In this document: positions 63,056 to 64,000 of the stretch, piece by piece
How the letters are laid out: the number at the start of each line of letters is the position of its first letter
How positions within the stretch are numbered: the first letter of the stretch is position 1
Origin: Eledone cirrhosa
Lineage: Eukaryota
Direction of reading: 5' to 3'
Assembly (NCBI GenBank): GCA_964016885.1
Contig: OZ024743.1
Location: 261,206,001 to 261,270,000, forward strand
DNA length: 64,000 nucleotides
Program-made: the position numbers and the translations under genes
Notes under the pieces: model-generated
What the model saw: the letters and a program-made list of their open reading frames with translations, nothing else
Databases searched by the model: none
Told to the model about the DNA's origin: nothing

Positions 63056-63425
63056 ATTAACTTTGCCTTTCACCCCATAAGGATGAAAGGCAAAGTTAAT
63101 CCCGCTGAGGTTAACTTTGCTTTTCATCCTTACGGGGTCAATAAAATAAAGTACCAGTAATGCACTGGGTACTTGCTGGCCTTGTGCCAAAAGTAGAAAC
63201 AATTATTATTATTATTATTGACAAGGGCGGTGAATTGGCAGTATCGATAGAGGGTCTGACGCCATGCTTTGACGCATAGAGTTATAGCCCTTGCGATTCT
63301 GAGTTCAAATCCTGCCGAGTTTAACTTTGCCTATCATCCTTACGGGGTCGATAAAATAAAGTACCAGTAATGTACTGGGATAATTGCTGGCCTTGTGCCA
63401 ATAGTAGAAACAATTATTATTATTG
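63056..63425 (+). mobile_element. Two tandem SINE copies preceded by a small SINE-derived hairpin
   Basis: SINE core and tails; 17-bp inverted arms 63056-63072 and 63084-63100. Confidence 0.82.
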
Positions 63426-63428
63426 ACA

Positions 63429-64000
63429 AGTGTGTGCAGAGCAACGAAACCATTCTGCACATACTTGTCCAGTGTTCATGCATTACTGGCTTGTGTGGAG
63501 TTATGTTGAACAACTGTTGTTGCGTATAGAACAGATCTGGCTATTGGTCGAGTCCATAGTGAAGATTGTGCCACTGCCTTCTTTTGGCCAGGAAAGGCAG
63601 GCAATTTTACCCTATCTGGTGGCAGTAGCGAAAGAGGTTGTATGGTGGACCAGATTGAAAGGACTGAAGACAGATACTTTTCTCTTCAGCCAATCCCTCA
63701 TCAACTTTTTCAAGTTTCACTTGGAAAGGGAAGTGAGGGTGGAGAGAGAAGTGCTGCCTCCCAGTTCATTTGCTAAAAAGTGGGTGAATGTGGTGAGAAT
63801 GGCCTGTATGAATGGGCCTACTCTCACCTCTAGGCTAGTTAATTTGAGGAGGAGAGAGGGTGCCCTTCCTAGGTGCCTTAGAAGCATCGAGTGGTTCATG
63901 ATTGGTGGTGTACCTGAGTTGATCCTGGGTGGTTATCCCCCCTATTAGGGAATTTTTATTGTTATTTTCTTATTCTTATTTATATTGTTTACACGCATTT
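63429..64000 (+). mobile_element. Tx1/L1-clade LINE 3' fragment running to the window edge
   Basis: WSYVEQLL...AKEVVWWTRLKGLKTDTFL...FFKFHL homologous to 14170-14526. Confidence 0.88.

Overview
AT-rich animal genomic DNA, not prokaryotic. The repeat content (tRNA-headed SINEs, RTE LINEs with (GAT)n tails, dense microsatellites) suggests an octopus or other coleoid mollusc, but the organism is an inference. The window is the middle of one + strand gene, synaptojanin (SYNJ1-like). I traced 18 GT-AG exons from 7557 to 59299 (2684 nt, open and phase-consistent) encoding most of the Sac1 domain, the inositol 5-phosphatase domain and the start of the following RRM-like region; the first and last exons lie outside the window or were not found. 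The introns hold two full-length CsRn1-clade Gypsy elements, a solo LTR, RTE, Tx1/L1 and CR1 LINEs, SINEs, MITEs and satellites. The most notable signals are: (1) minimal hammerhead-ribozyme motifs and (TA)n-embedded fold-back hairpins resembling Penelope-like element termini, one locked inside a perfect 61-bp palindrome; (2) tandem or relic tRNA-Trp primer-binding sites at TG...AA LTR ends; (3) conserved -1 frameshift signals in both Gypsy elements; (4) a satellite homogenised differently on either side of a nested insertion. All coordinates were read by eye; no searches or folding programs were run.
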